NCBI GenBank assembly: GCA_035624985.1
Contig: DASPQK010000307.1
Span: 1 to 63,150 of the forward strand
From: Syntrophobacteraceae bacterium
Lineage (GTDB): Bacteria > Desulfobacterota > Syntrophobacteria > Syntrophobacterales > Syntrophobacteraceae
Reading direction: 5' to 3'
Length of the DNA stretch: 63,150 nucleotides
Part shown: positions 43,207-52,816 of the stretch, in pieces
Numbering within the stretch: position 1 is the stretch's first letter
How the letters are laid out: each line of letters opens with the position of its first letter
Program-made: the position numbers and the translations under genes
Notes under the pieces: model-generated
Told to the model about the DNA's origin: nothing
The model's database searches: none
Seen by the model: the letters and a program-made list of their open reading frames with translations, nothing else

Positions 43207-44374
43207 TGAGGATCGGAAAAAGTTTGAAGATGAGCTGCTCGATGCCAAGAAGCTAGAGGCAATAGGAGTTCTTGCGGGTGGGATCGCTCATGATTTCAAT
43301 AACCTGCTATTCGTCATAATGGGCAATATCAACATGGCGCAGCTCAAGATCGAGGAGAACCATCAGGCGCAAATACATTTGGTTGAAGCCGAGAGGGCAT
43401 GCCTGCGCGCAAAGGACCTCACCCAGAAGTTCATAACATTTTCTTCAGGCAGCAGTCCGGTCAAAAGACTTGTCTCGCTGCGGGAGCTGATCTCCAACGT
43501 TGCCAGCCTGGTGCTGAGCGGCTCGATTACGAGCAGTGAGATTAAAGCGCCCGGGGACCTGTGGGAAGTGGAAGTGGATGAGAACCAGATACGTCAGGTT
43601 TTCATAAGTCTGCTGGAAAATGCCAGGGAAGCCATGTCCAGGGGCGGCCTAATTTCGATCAGCGCTGAAAACGTGAAAATCGGCGACATTGGCCTTGAAG
43701 GGATCTCTTCAGGTGTGGAACATTATGTGAAGGTGGTCATTTCGGATGAAGGAATTGGGATTGAGGAAGAAAACCTGCCCAACATATTCGATCCATACTT
43801 TTCCACTAAATATCGGGGCAACAGGAAAGGAATGGGGTTCGGACTTGCCATCGCCCGTTCGGTAGTGGAGAAACACAAAGGCCGCATAGAGGTGGAGTCC
43901 ACTCTCGGCAAGGGGACAACCATTACCATCCTCATTCCCGCGACGGTGCCGCGTGCGGGAGTGCTGCCCACGGGCCGGCGCCATATCTCCAGAGCCAGGA
44001 AACGGATACTGGTGATGGAGGACGAAGAGCAGCTGCGCGATCTCATCCAAACGATGCTCGAGCACCTGGGCTACGAGGTCAATACCGCCCACGATGGCGA
44101 GGAGGCAGTCCGAGTTTACTCGGAGGCGCTCGAAGCAGGCAGGCATTACGACACGGTAATCCTGGACCTGACGGTAAAGGTTGGAATGGACGGAAGAGAA
44201 GCAATCGGAAAGCTAAGGTATCTCGATCCGGAAGTGCGTGCAATCTTATCGAGCGGAAACCTCAGCGCTCCGATAATGCACGATTACAGAAGCTACGGTT
44301 TTTGCGACGTCTTGAAGAAACCCTACGATCTTGAGGACCTAAGAGCGGTGCTGGACAGGGTGCTGGGTCGATAA
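43199..44374 (+). CDS. Hybrid sensor histidine kinase/response regulator lacking an input domain
   Basis: H-box GGIAHDFNNLL, N/G boxes (ENAREAM; GMGFGLA), C-terminal REC (ILVMEDEE...VILDLTV...KKPY). ATGAATGA overlap with the PMM stop. Confidence 0.85.
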   Translation: MNDEDRKKFEDELLDAKKLEAIGVLAGGIAHDFNNLLFVIMGNINMAQLKIEENHQAQIHLVEAERACLRAKDLTQKFITFSSGSSPVKRLVSLRELISNVASLVLSGSITSSEIKAPGDLWEVEVDENQIRQVFISLLENAREAMSRGGLISISAENVKIGDIGLEGISSGVEHYVKVVISDEGIGIEEENLPNIFDPYFSTKYRGNRKGMGFGLAIARSVVEKHKGRIEVESTLGKGTTITILIPATVPRAGVLPTGRRHISRARKRILVMEDEEQLRDLIQTMLEHLGYEVNTAHDGEEAVRVYSEALEAGRHYDTVILDLTVKVGMDGREAIGKLRYLDPEVRAILSSGNLSAPIMHDYRSYGFCDVLKKPYDLEDLRAVLDRVLGR

Positions 44375-44549
44375 CGGGCAGACATGGGGCATCGGCTGTC
44401 GGATGCCCGAAAGATTCCGACCTTCTGTCCGGCACCCGATCTCCGTATATAAGCGTGTGCCTGCATCCCGGATCTGTATTTCATGTCATAACATAATCCG
44501 GCAGATTTTGCTCTGCTTGGGATAATCTTGAGCCAAAGGAAACCACGGC

Positions 44550-45050
44550 CTATTTTTCCCAGCCCGCCAGTCTTTCCATCAGCTTCTTTACAACGTTATC
44601 CGGGACCAGGCCCGATAAGTCTCCACCCGCCATGGCCGCGTCCTTTATGATCCTGGAGCTGATATAAATCCAACGCAGTCCGGTCATTATGAAGGCGGTT
44701 TCGATGTCGCTGTTGAGTTTTCGGTTCATAAGCGCCATTTGGAATTCATATTCAAAGTCGCTGACTGCCCGAAGGCCTCTTACTATTGTTTTGGCCGGGA
44801 TCGATTTCACGTAGTCAACCAGCAGTCCCTCAAAAAGGTCGACCTTCATCCGATCTTTCAGGGGATGTTGCGCCAGGGAGTGCTCTATCATCTCGAGGCG
44901 CTCCTCCGGCGTGAACATGGGTTGCTTCGCGGGGTTTACCGCGATGGCGATGATGACTTTGTCGAAGATCTTTAGGGCGCGTTCAAGCAAGTCGATGTGT
45001 CCGTTCGTGATAGGGTCGAATGAGCCTGGGTAAACCGCTATGCTGGCCAT
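44550..45050 (-). CDS. coaD: Phosphopantetheine adenylyltransferase
   Basis: IAVYPGSFDPITNGHIDLLERA; 166 aa. Confidence 0.93.
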   Translation of the reverse strand: MASIAVYPGSFDPITNGHIDLLERALKIFDKVIIAIAVNPAKQPMFTPEERLEMIEHSLAQHPLKDRMKVDLFEGLLVDYVKSIPAKTIVRGLRAVSDFEYEFQMALMNRKLNSDIETAFIMTGLRWIYISSRIIKDAAMAGGDLSGLVPDNVVKKLMERLAGWEK

Positions 45051-45070
45051 CTTTCCTCCTGTCGGGTTGC

Positions 45071-45634
45071 TTAAAGGATTGTGAGCCTGGAGTATATAGA
45101 GATCAACGTATCACCGTATCTTCGATCGAGTTTCTTTTGCCACCCTGGAACCGGAACCATCGGCGGTTCACCTTTTATATGTCTTTCGGCGATGACCAGT
45201 GAGTCTTCGTTTGCAACCGGGCTGATAATTTGCAGCGTTTTCTCGATGTATCCTTTCCGGTACGGGGGGTCCATAAAGATGAGGTCGAACAACTCGCCTT
45301 CCGAGCGCAGGCGAAAGATCGCCGATGAGACCTTGGCCTGGATAATCCGTGACCTGTGCTGCACTTCGCACAATTGGACGTTTTCCCGTATAATGCGCAC
45401 GGCCTTGGCGCCATTGTCCACAAAGAGACAAGACTGCGCCCCCCGGCTGAGTGCTTCCATGCCCATGGCCCCGGTTCCGGCGAACAGGTCCAGCACCCTC
45501 GCCCCCTGGACTCTGTCGGCAATAATGTTAAAGACCGATTCCCGGACCATGTCGGTAGTCGGGCGAATCTGGAAGTTCTTTGGGCGAGGGGAATGGAGCC
45601 GCCTTCCCCTGAATTCGCCCGCAATGATACGCAT
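45071..45634 (-). CDS. rsmD: 16S rRNA (guanine966-N2)-methyltransferase RsmD
   Basis: MRIIAGEFRGRRL, RPTTDMVRESVFNI, LDLFAGTGAMGMEALSRGA, DPPY. Confidence 0.9.
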   Translation of the reverse strand: MRIIAGEFRGRRLHSPRPKNFQIRPTTDMVRESVFNIIADRVQGARVLDLFAGTGAMGMEALSRGAQSCLFVDNGAKAVRIIRENVQLCEVQHRSRIIQAKVSSAIFRLRSEGELFDLIFMDPPYRKGYIEKTLQIISPVANEDSLVIAERHIKGEPPMVPVPGWQKKLDRRYGDTLISIYSRLTIL

Positions 45635-45640
45635 GTTCAG

Positions 45641-46660
45641 TTACAACCGTCCGCTTTTGAGCAGGATTTCCGCAATTTGAACGGCATTCGTTGCGGCTCC
45701 TTTTCGGACATTGTCTGCAACCACCCACATGGCGAGTCCGTTTTCAACCGAAGGGTCCGTGCGAATTCTGCCAACAAAAGTGTCGTCCGTGCCGGCGGCA
45801 TTCAAAGGGACGGGATAGGCCGCGTTGGAAGGATCGTCTATGACTATGACCCCGGGGGCGGTTTTGAGCAGTTCGCGCGCTTCTTCGGGAGAAATTTTTC
45901 TATCAGTTTCTATGTTTATGGACTCGGAATGGCCATAGATGACCGGAATCCGGACGGTGGTAGCACAAACCCTGATTTGAGCATCATCGAATATCTTCCG
46001 GGTCTCGTTGGCCATTTTCATCTCTTCTTCGCAGAAGCCGTTGTCCAGAAAAGAGCCGATATGCGGAAAGCAGTTGAACGCGATCTGGTGCGGATATATC
46101 TGCCGAGCGATCTCACGACCGCACATGATATCGGAGACCTGAGAGCGCAGTTCCTCGATGGCTCTTTTCCCGGTGCCGGAAACCGCCTGAAAAGTAGTCA
46201 CGACGATCCGCCTGATCCCCACCGCGTCGTATATGGGCTTCAACGCCACAACCATCTGAATCGTGGAACAGTTCGGGTTGGCAATGATGCCGCTATGGGA
46301 CAGGGCAGCGCGCGGATTTACTTCGGGCACGACCAGCGGGACCTGAGGGTCCATGCGCCAGGCGCTGGAGTTGTCGACGACGACAGTGCCCGCCTGGGCT
46401 GCTATGGGAGCAAATATCCTGCTGATTGCGCCTCCAGCGGAAAAGAGGGCCAACTGAATTCCCTCAAATGAATTTTCCGCCAGCTCCTCAACGGCGAACT
46501 GCCTGCCGCGAAAAGGAAGCGTTTTTCCTATAGAGCGGGCCGAAGCCAGGAGTTTGATCCCACTTACCGGGAAGTTCCTTTCCTCGAGGACCTTGACCAT
46601 CAGGTTACCAACTGCTCCAGTAGCCCCCACTACAGCCACTCTGAATCCATTGTTGGTCAT
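45641..46660 (-). CDS. asd: Aspartate-semialdehyde dehydrogenase
   Basis: VAVVGATGAVG NAD motif. Active-site IANPNCSTIQMV. Confidence 0.92.
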   Translation of the reverse strand: MTNNGFRVAVVGATGAVGNLMVKVLEERNFPVSGIKLLASARSIGKTLPFRGRQFAVEELAENSFEGIQLALFSAGGAISRIFAPIAAQAGTVVVDNSSAWRMDPQVPLVVPEVNPRAALSHSGIIANPNCSTIQMVVALKPIYDAVGIRRIVVTTFQAVSGTGKRAIEELRSQVSDIMCGREIARQIYPHQIAFNCFPHIGSFLDNGFCEEEMKMANETRKIFDDAQIRVCATTVRIPVIYGHSESINIETDRKISPEEARELLKTAPGVIVIDDPSNAAYPVPLNAAGTDDTFVGRIRTDPSVENGLAMWVVADNVRKGAATNAVQIAEILLKSGRL

Positions 46661-46685
46661 AGTTGATCGGTATCCTTAATTAGTT

Positions 46686-47750
46686 TTATCGAGATATATG
46701 TTTTACCACCAAATCGCCAACCTGTGTTGTGGAATAACCCATGCGGCCCGCTGCAAGACTTTTGAGATCGCTTGAGATCACTTTTCTTATAGCATTTTCG
46801 ATAAGGGCGGCAGCACCGGTTTCGCCCAGGTGCTCCAGCATCATCTGAGCAGCCGCGATCGCTGCAATCGGATTGATGATGTCAAGACCGGTGTATTTCG
46901 GGGCGGAGCCGCCTATAGGCTCGAACATGGAAACCCCGTTCGGATTTATATTGCCCCCGGCAGCGACTCCCATTCCGCCCTGAATCATGGCGCCGAGATC
47001 GGTTATTATGTCCCCGAACATGTTGTCGGTTACGATGACATCGAACCATTCGGGGTTTTTGACCATCCACATGCAGATGGCGTCAACATGGGCGTAGTCG
47101 GTCCGTACGTCCGGGTATTCTTTGGCCACATCGTCAAAGGCGCGCTGCCAGAGGTCAAAGGCATAGGTAAGCACGTTGGTCTTGCCGCACAGGGTAAGCT
47201 TTTTGCGCAAATTTCGTTTGCGGCAGAACTCAAATGCGAACCGTATACAGCGTTCAGCGCCGAGGCGGGTGTTGACCGATTCCTGGACGGCGATCTCGTA
47301 AGGGGTGCCCTTGCGCAGGAATCCGCCCGCTCCGGCGTAAAGGCCCTCGGTGTTTTCCCTGACGACAACGAAATTTATCTCATCGGGTCCCTTGTCCTTT
47401 AGAGGAGTATCCACGCCGGGGTATAGAATAACGGGCCTGAGATTGACGTACTGGTCAAGTTGGAAGCGCAGTTCGAGCAAAAGGCCCTTTTCCAGTATCC
47501 CCGGTTTAACATCAGGGTGTCCTATTGCCCCAAGAAGGATAGCGTCGAACTTGCGCAGATACTCAACTGTTCCTTCGGGCAGAATCTCCCCGGTCCGAAG
47601 GTATCGCTCGCCCCCCAGGTCGAACTGGACCTTCCGGGTTGAGAACCCGGCTTTTTGCGATGCGGCATCGAGCGCCTTAAGGGCTTCACGCACCACCTCA
47701 GGGCCCGTCCCGTCCCCTGGAATAACTGCTATACGGTATTCTTTGCCCAT
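46686..47750 (-). CDS. leuB: 3-isopropylmalate dehydrogenase (isocitrate/isopropylmalate/tartrate DH family)
   Basis: [31 protein letters not shown]. Follows leuCD. Confidence 0.82.
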   Translation of the reverse strand: MGKEYRIAVIPGDGTGPEVVREALKALDAASQKAGFSTRKVQFDLGGERYLRTGEILPEGTVEYLRKFDAILLGAIGHPDVKPGILEKGLLLELRFQLDQYVNLRPVILYPGVDTPLKDKGPDEINFVVVRENTEGLYAGAGGFLRKGTPYEIAVQESVNTRLGAERCIRFAFEFCRKRNLRKKLTLCGKTNVLTYAFDLWQRAFDDVAKEYPDVRTDYAHVDAICMWMVKNPEWFDVIVTDNMFGDIITDLGAMIQGGMGVAAGGNINPNGVSMFEPIGGSAPKYTGLDIINPIAAIAAAQMMLEHLGETGAAALIENAIRKVISSDLKSLAAGRMGYSTTQVGDLVVKHISR

Positions 47751-47823
47751 ACAATACCAACCCTATTTGCCTTGAGAATCAGTCGTGTGTCAGATTCGGG
47801 ACCCTCCTTCTCAAGAAGACTGC

Positions 47824-48333
47824 TCAGCGCTCAGTGTTCTCCTCGGCCATCTGTTCCCGCACATATTCCATCAGTCCTCCTGCCCGGATCAGTTTCTGCA
47901 TGAAAGGCGGGATGGCCTGAGCCCGGTATGTTTCGTTCCTGGTGAGGTTCTCTATGAGGCCTGAATCGAGGTCGATCTCCAGCTCATCGTCTTTCCGGAT
48001 ACGCTGGGCGCCTTCGGGACACTCCAGGATCGGCAGACCCATATTGAAGGCATTTCGATAGAAGATTCTGGCAAAGCTTTGCGCGATAACGCAGCTGACA
48101 CCGGCTGCCTTTATTGCAATCGGGGCATGTTCCCTCGAGGAGCCGCATCCGAAATTTTTTCCGGCTGCGATAATATCTCCCGGTCCGACCCGGGGGGCGA
48201 ACTCAGGATCGGCATCTTCCATGCAGTGAGCGGCAAGCTCTTTTGGATCGGTCGTGTTCAGGTATCGCGCCGGTATGATGGCGTCCGTATCGATATCATC
48301 TCCAAACTTCCAGGTCTTTCCCCTGATTTTCAT
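47824..48333 (-). CDS. leuD: 3-isopropylmalate dehydratase small subunit (short, archaeal-type)
   Basis: [14 protein letters not shown]. 169 aa. 4-nt overlap with leuC. Confidence 0.9.
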   Translation of the reverse strand: MKIRGKTWKFGDDIDTDAIIPARYLNTTDPKELAAHCMEDADPEFAPRVGPGDIIAAGKNFGCGSSREHAPIAIKAAGVSCVIAQSFARIFYRNAFNMGLPILECPEGAQRIRKDDELEIDLDSGLIENLTRNETYRAQAIPPFMQKLIRAGGLMEYVREQMAEENTER

Positions 48334-49598
48334 CGGGTCAACACCTCCCGGGGATGCGCGATGCGCCCGAGGATGGCGGAAGCGGCGGCAACCGCCGGAT
48401 TGCTCAGATAGACCTTGCTTTCCACATGGCCCATCCGGCCTACGAAGTTGCGGTTGGTAGTGGCCACAGCCGTTTCGCCAGGCGCAAGAATTCCCATGTG
48501 CCCGCCGAGGCAGGGACCACAGGTCGGGGTGCTCACAGCGGCTTCAGCCTCGATGAAAATTTCGAGCAGCCCCTCTTCCATGGCTTCAAGGTACACCCTT
48601 TGGGTTGCGGGGATCACTATGCAGCGGACCTGCCGCGCAACCTTTTTCCCCTTCATCACCTGGGCGGCCAGCCTCAAATCTTCAAGGCGGCCGTTTGTGC
48701 ATGAGCCTATGACCACCTGATCGACGGGGGTTTGAGGTATTTCGGTGACCTGTCTGACGTTCTGAGGGGAATGAGGCAGGGCGACGACCGGTTCGAGGCC
48801 GGACAAGTCCCATTTATACACAGCTTCGTAAGAAGCTTCCGGGTCACTGTGGTAGAATTTGTAAGGCCGTTTTGCGCGAGAGCTTACGTACTGTTCGGTA
48901 ATGGAGTCAGGGTTTATGATTCCGACCTTGGCGCCCGCTTCAACGGCCATGTTGCACATCGAAAACCGATCCGCCATTGGAAGAGAATCGATCGACTCGC
49001 CTGTGAACTCCATTGCGCGGTACCTGGCGCCTTCCACGCCTATCTGCCCTATAGTGTGGAGGATGAGGTCTTTTCCCCCGACCCAGGGCCGAAGTTTTCC
49101 TCTAAAGATAAACTTAATGGAGGGCGGCACCTTGAACCAAATTCGCCCCGTTATCATAGCCGCTGCCAGATCGGTGCTGCCCACCCCTGTTGCGAAGGCA
49201 CCGAGCGCGCCGTAAGTGCACGTGTGACTGTCAGCCCCGATTACTACATCTCCCGGCAGAACAAGTCCCATTTCGGGAAGGAGCGCATGTTCAACCCCCA
49301 TGCGTCCCACTTCGAAATAGTAAGGCAGATCGAACTGCCTGGCAAATTCACTCAGCATCCGGGCCTGGACGGCCGAGGCAATGTCTTTGTTGGGGACGAA
49401 GTGGTCGGGTATAAGGCTGATGCGTTCGCGGTCGAATACTTTTTTGGCCCCCGAGCGTCTGAATGCTTCAATTGCAAGCGGGGCCGTTATATCGTTTCCG
49501 AAGGCGAAATCGATGCGCACTTCCACGAGTTCTTCGGGGAAGACCTCACGCTTGCCGGCGTGATCGGCCAAGATTTTCTCACTGATAGTTTTGGGCAT
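48330..49598 (-). CDS. leuC: 3-isopropylmalate dehydratase large subunit
   Basis: Aconitase-family motifs [18 protein letters not shown]. 422 aa. Confidence 0.9.
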   Translation of the reverse strand: MPKTISEKILADHAGKREVFPEELVEVRIDFAFGNDITAPLAIEAFRRSGAKKVFDRERISLIPDHFVPNKDIASAVQARMLSEFARQFDLPYYFEVGRMGVEHALLPEMGLVLPGDVVIGADSHTCTYGALGAFATGVGSTDLAAAMITGRIWFKVPPSIKFIFRGKLRPWVGGKDLILHTIGQIGVEGARYRAMEFTGESIDSLPMADRFSMCNMAVEAGAKVGIINPDSITEQYVSSRAKRPYKFYHSDPEASYEAVYKWDLSGLEPVVALPHSPQNVRQVTEIPQTPVDQVVIGSCTNGRLEDLRLAAQVMKGKKVARQVRCIVIPATQRVYLEAMEEGLLEIFIEAEAAVSTPTCGPCLGGHMGILAPGETAVATTNRNFVGRMGHVESKVYLSNPAVAAASAILGRIAHPREVLTR

Positions 49599-49602
49599 TT
49601 AA

Positions 49603-50499
49603 CTAGACCTTTGCCTCCAATTTTTCGCCCGGCTTTTCCAGCAGCGCGGGCTGCTCTTCAGTCGGGACAGTCTCCGGCGTGGGAGATGCAGGGGCCTGCT
49701 GGACAAGGCCGCCGGCTTCCTGGAATCCTTTCTTCCCCTGGACTTTCCAGGCGGTCCATCTGACCGGACCCGAAGCGGTGTATGCGGCCAGGGTCAAAAA
49801 GAGCATAAATGCGGGAGAAAACGCTATTATAACGACAAGAACGATTACGCCGAACACGACGAATGAAGGCCGCGCCTTTATGAATTCAACGTCTTTGAAG
49901 CTGTTATAGGGCATGGTGCTGACCATGAAAAAGCCCAGTACATACGTCATGACCAGCAGGACAAGTCCCACAAAGGAACCGTGGACGGCAAAGTCCCAAT
50001 GGTTGACAAACAGGACGGTGGTTGCTATCAGGGCGGCTCCTCCCGGAATCGGCAGTCCCACGAAATATTTCTTGCCGGTCGTTTCAACCTGAACGTTGAA
50101 ACGAGCAAGCCGGAGGGCGCCGCATGCCATGAATACGAAGGCGGCAAGCCAGCCGACGCGCCCGTAGGGTTTGAGGGCCATCAGGTACATCAATAGACCG
50201 GGTCCCACACCGAATGCCACCACGTCGGCCAGCGAATCGTATTCGACCCCGAAACGGCTCGTCGCTCCGGTCAACCGGGCGACCTTGCCATCCAGGATGT
50301 CGAACAAGCAGGAAGCAAGGACAGCAATAGCGGCCACCTCAAAATTGCCGTTGATGGAATTGACGATGCCGAAAAACCCGCTGAAAAGGTTCGCCGTAGT
50401 CAAGAGGTTGGGCCAGATATATGTCCCGCGGCGCAGCTCGCCTTCCCTGCGCCATCTTTTTCTGCGGGCGCGCCGTTTTCTTAGGGGTTCAATCTGCAT
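49603..50499 (-). CDS. pssA: CDP-diacylglycerol--serine O-phosphatidyltransferase
   Basis: CDP-alcohol motif DGKVARLTGATSRFGVEYDSLADVV. Start at MQIEPLRKRR (ATG 50499), overlapping the psd end. Confidence 0.88.
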   Translation of the reverse strand: MQIEPLRKRRARRKRWRREGELRRGTYIWPNLLTTANLFSGFFGIVNSINGNFEVAAIAVLASCLFDILDGKVARLTGATSRFGVEYDSLADVVAFGVGPGLLMYLMALKPYGRVGWLAAFVFMACGALRLARFNVQVETTGKKYFVGLPIPGGAALIATTVLFVNHWDFAVHGSFVGLVLLVMTYVLGFFMVSTMPYNSFKDVEFIKARPSFVVFGVIVLVVIIAFSPAFMLFLTLAAYTASGPVRWTAWKVQGKKGFQEAGGLVQQAPASPTPETVPTEEQPALLEKPGEKLEAKV

Positions 50500-51149
50500 A
50501 GGAGGGTTTCTCCCCCATAAACATGGTTGCCCTGGCACACAAAGATCTCGCTATTTTCGGGCACATAAAGGTCCACACGGGAGCCGAACCGGATCATTCC
50601 GAAGCGTTCCCCCCTGAGCACGCGGTCTCCAGTTTCGGGCCAGCACACAATCCGGCGGGCAATAAGGCCGGCGACCTGGGTGATGATTATGTCGGCACCC
50701 AAGTCGGACCTGATCCAGAGCCAGTTCTGCTCGTTTTCATCGCTTGCCTGGACGAGGTTTGCGGCCAGGAACCGGCCCTTCCTGTAATAAGCGCCCTGGA
50801 TCGTGCCCGAGACGGGTATCCGGTTGACGTGCACGTCCAGGATCGACATGAAGATACTAATCTTCATTGCCGGCTTGTCGGTAAACCTGGCTGAGCGAAC
50901 ATTTGTGACGGCGATAACACGTCCGTCGGCCGGAGATATTATATCAGCTTCGCCAGCGGTCGAAATCCGTTCGGGGTCCCGGAAAAAGTGGCCGATCAGA
51001 AAAGTGACGGCCAGCAGCAGGAGGGCAATAATGGCCCACCCAAGCACCGCCGCAATCAGGGTGGCAAACATGGCGGCAAGAATGTAAGGAACTCCCTCCC
51101 CAGCGATGGGGACATGAGCCTGTTTTTTCCTGAAATCCCCGGCCGGCAC
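50481..51149 (-). CDS. psd: Phosphatidylserine decarboxylase proenzyme (short type)
   Basis: N-terminal TM pair. Self-cleavage region GERFGMIRFGSRVDLYVP. Confidence 0.88.
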   Translation of the reverse strand: MPAGDFRKKQAHVPIAGEGVPYILAAMFATLIAAVLGWAIIALLLLAVTFLIGHFFRDPERISTAGEADIISPADGRVIAVTNVRSARFTDKPAMKISIFMSILDVHVNRIPVSGTIQGAYYRKGRFLAANLVQASDENEQNWLWIRSDLGADIIITQVAGLIARRIVCWPETGDRVLRGERFGMIRFGSRVDLYVPENSEIFVCQGNHVYGGETLLCRLNP

Positions 51150-51164
51150 GTGCGATCCTTGCTC

Positions 51165-52169
51165 TCAGACCATTTTTACCGCATCGAGAAAAGACATCAT
51201 AGAGCGCAGCTTTGCTCCCACCTGCTCGACGAGCAGCCGCTTTTCCCGGTTTCTGACTGTTTGAAACATGGGGCGCCCGGCCTGATTTTCGAGAATCCAT
51301 TCACGGGCGAACTGCCCGGACTGGACCTCTTCGAGGATCTTTTTCATCTCGGCACGAGTTTGCTCATTAATGATCCGTTTTCCGCGCGTCAAATCGCCAT
51401 ATTCCGCCGTGTCGCTCACCGAGTATCTCATAAAAGCGAGTCCGCCCCTGTATATGAGGTCTACGATCAGCTTGAGTTCGTGCATGCACTCAAAGAAAGC
51501 GATTTCAGGCTGATAGCCTGCTTCGACAAGGGTATCGAAGCCGGCTTTTATCAGTTCGGATACTCCGCCGCAAAGCACGGTCTGCTCGCCGAAAAGGTCT
51601 GTTTCGGTTTCTTCCTTGAAGGTGGTTTCAATGACACCCGCCCGTGTCGCGCCGATTCCCGAGGCGTATGCCAGGGCGGTCTCAAGGGCATGGCCGGAGG
51701 GGTCCTGCTGAACGGCCACCAAAGCCGGCACGCCCGCGCCGCGCACGTATTCGCTCCTCACCAGATGCCCCGGACCTTTAGGTGCAATCATCACCACGTC
51801 CACTTCCCTGGGGGGCAGAATCTGGCCGTAGTGAATATTGAACCCGTGAGAGAAAAGGAGCGTTCTGCCGGCTTTCATCGCGGGAGCGATGTCGTTTCGA
51901 TAAAGAGCCGCCTGAGCGTGATCTTCGGTAAGGATCTGGATGATATCGGAGTTTTGGGCGGCTTCCCGGGCTTGAACAGGAGTGAACCCGTCTTCGATCG
52001 CCTTTTCGTAATTGGGCGTACCCGGCAGGTCGGCCACGGTCACCTGAAAACCCGAGTCACGCAGGTTTTGAGCCTGCGCGTGCCCCTGGCTCCCATAGCC
52101 GATGATACCGATTTTTTTGCCGCGCAAAACATCCGGATTGGCATCAGTGTCATAAAAAATTCGCATCAT
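51165..52169 (-). CDS. ilvC: Ketol-acid reductoisomerase (class I)
   Basis: [21 protein letters not shown]. 334 aa. Confidence 0.95.
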   Translation of the reverse strand: MMRIFYDTDANPDVLRGKKIGIIGYGSQGHAQAQNLRDSGFQVTVADLPGTPNYEKAIEDGFTPVQAREAAQNSDIIQILTEDHAQAALYRNDIAPAMKAGRTLLFSHGFNIHYGQILPPREVDVVMIAPKGPGHLVRSEYVRGAGVPALVAVQQDPSGHALETALAYASGIGATRAGVIETTFKEETETDLFGEQTVLCGGVSELIKAGFDTLVEAGYQPEIAFFECMHELKLIVDLIYRGGLAFMRYSVSDTAEYGDLTRGKRIINEQTRAEMKKILEEVQSGQFAREWILENQAGRPMFQTVRNREKRLLVEQVGAKLRSMMSFLDAVKMV

Positions 52170-52209
52170 TGCCTCCTGGAAGAGTTTTTAGAAACCAACA
52201 AGCGTCCTT

Positions 52210-52713
52210 CTAACTGCTCTTCTTGCTGCGAGCCAGAGCGGCCTTGCCGGTACGTGCGATCTCCGCTATTCCGATCTGGTCAAGGAGTTCCACTATAGCG
52301 GCGATCTTTCCTTCGTTTCCGGTGACCTCAAGCGTATAGAAATGAGGGGATACGTCCACCACTTTGGCACGGAAGATATCGACAATTCTGAGCACCTCGG
52401 CCCGTGTTTGCTGTTCGGCCCGAACCTTTATGAGGGCCATTTCGCGGTCAACGAATTCACCTTCCGCAAAATCGAACACCTTGATCACATTGATGAGCTT
52501 GTTTAGCTGTTTAACTATCTGGGAAAGCACCCTTTCATCGCCTGTTGTGACAAGGGTAATCCGCGTCAGTCCCTTCTCGTTGGTTTCCGCAGCCGTGACG
52601 GTTTCAATGTTATAGCCGCGTCCGCTGAAAAGCCCCACGATTCTTGCCAGGACACCCGGAACATTCTGAACCAGAATGCCTATGGTATGGCGTGTATCGC
52701 CGGTGACTATCAT
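52210..52713 (-). CDS. ilvN: Acetolactate synthase small (regulatory) subunit
   Basis: ACT domain HTIGILVQNVPGVLARIVGLFSGRGYNIE. Confidence 0.92.
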   Translation of the reverse strand: MIVTGDTRHTIGILVQNVPGVLARIVGLFSGRGYNIETVTAAETNEKGLTRITLVTTGDERVLSQIVKQLNKLINVIKVFDFAEGEFVDREMALIKVRAEQQTRAEVLRIVDIFRAKVVDVSPHFYTLEVTGNEGKIAAIVELLDQIGIAEIARTGKAALARSKKSS

Positions 52714-52816
52714 GCAAACAAACTCCTGTTCAAATCCAGTGAGCAGTGAGTCGCGAGCAGTGAGGGCGCCCTTCCTTTTTCCACTCAGCGCTCAGTCCTC
52801 CAGGCCGCGGGCGGAA

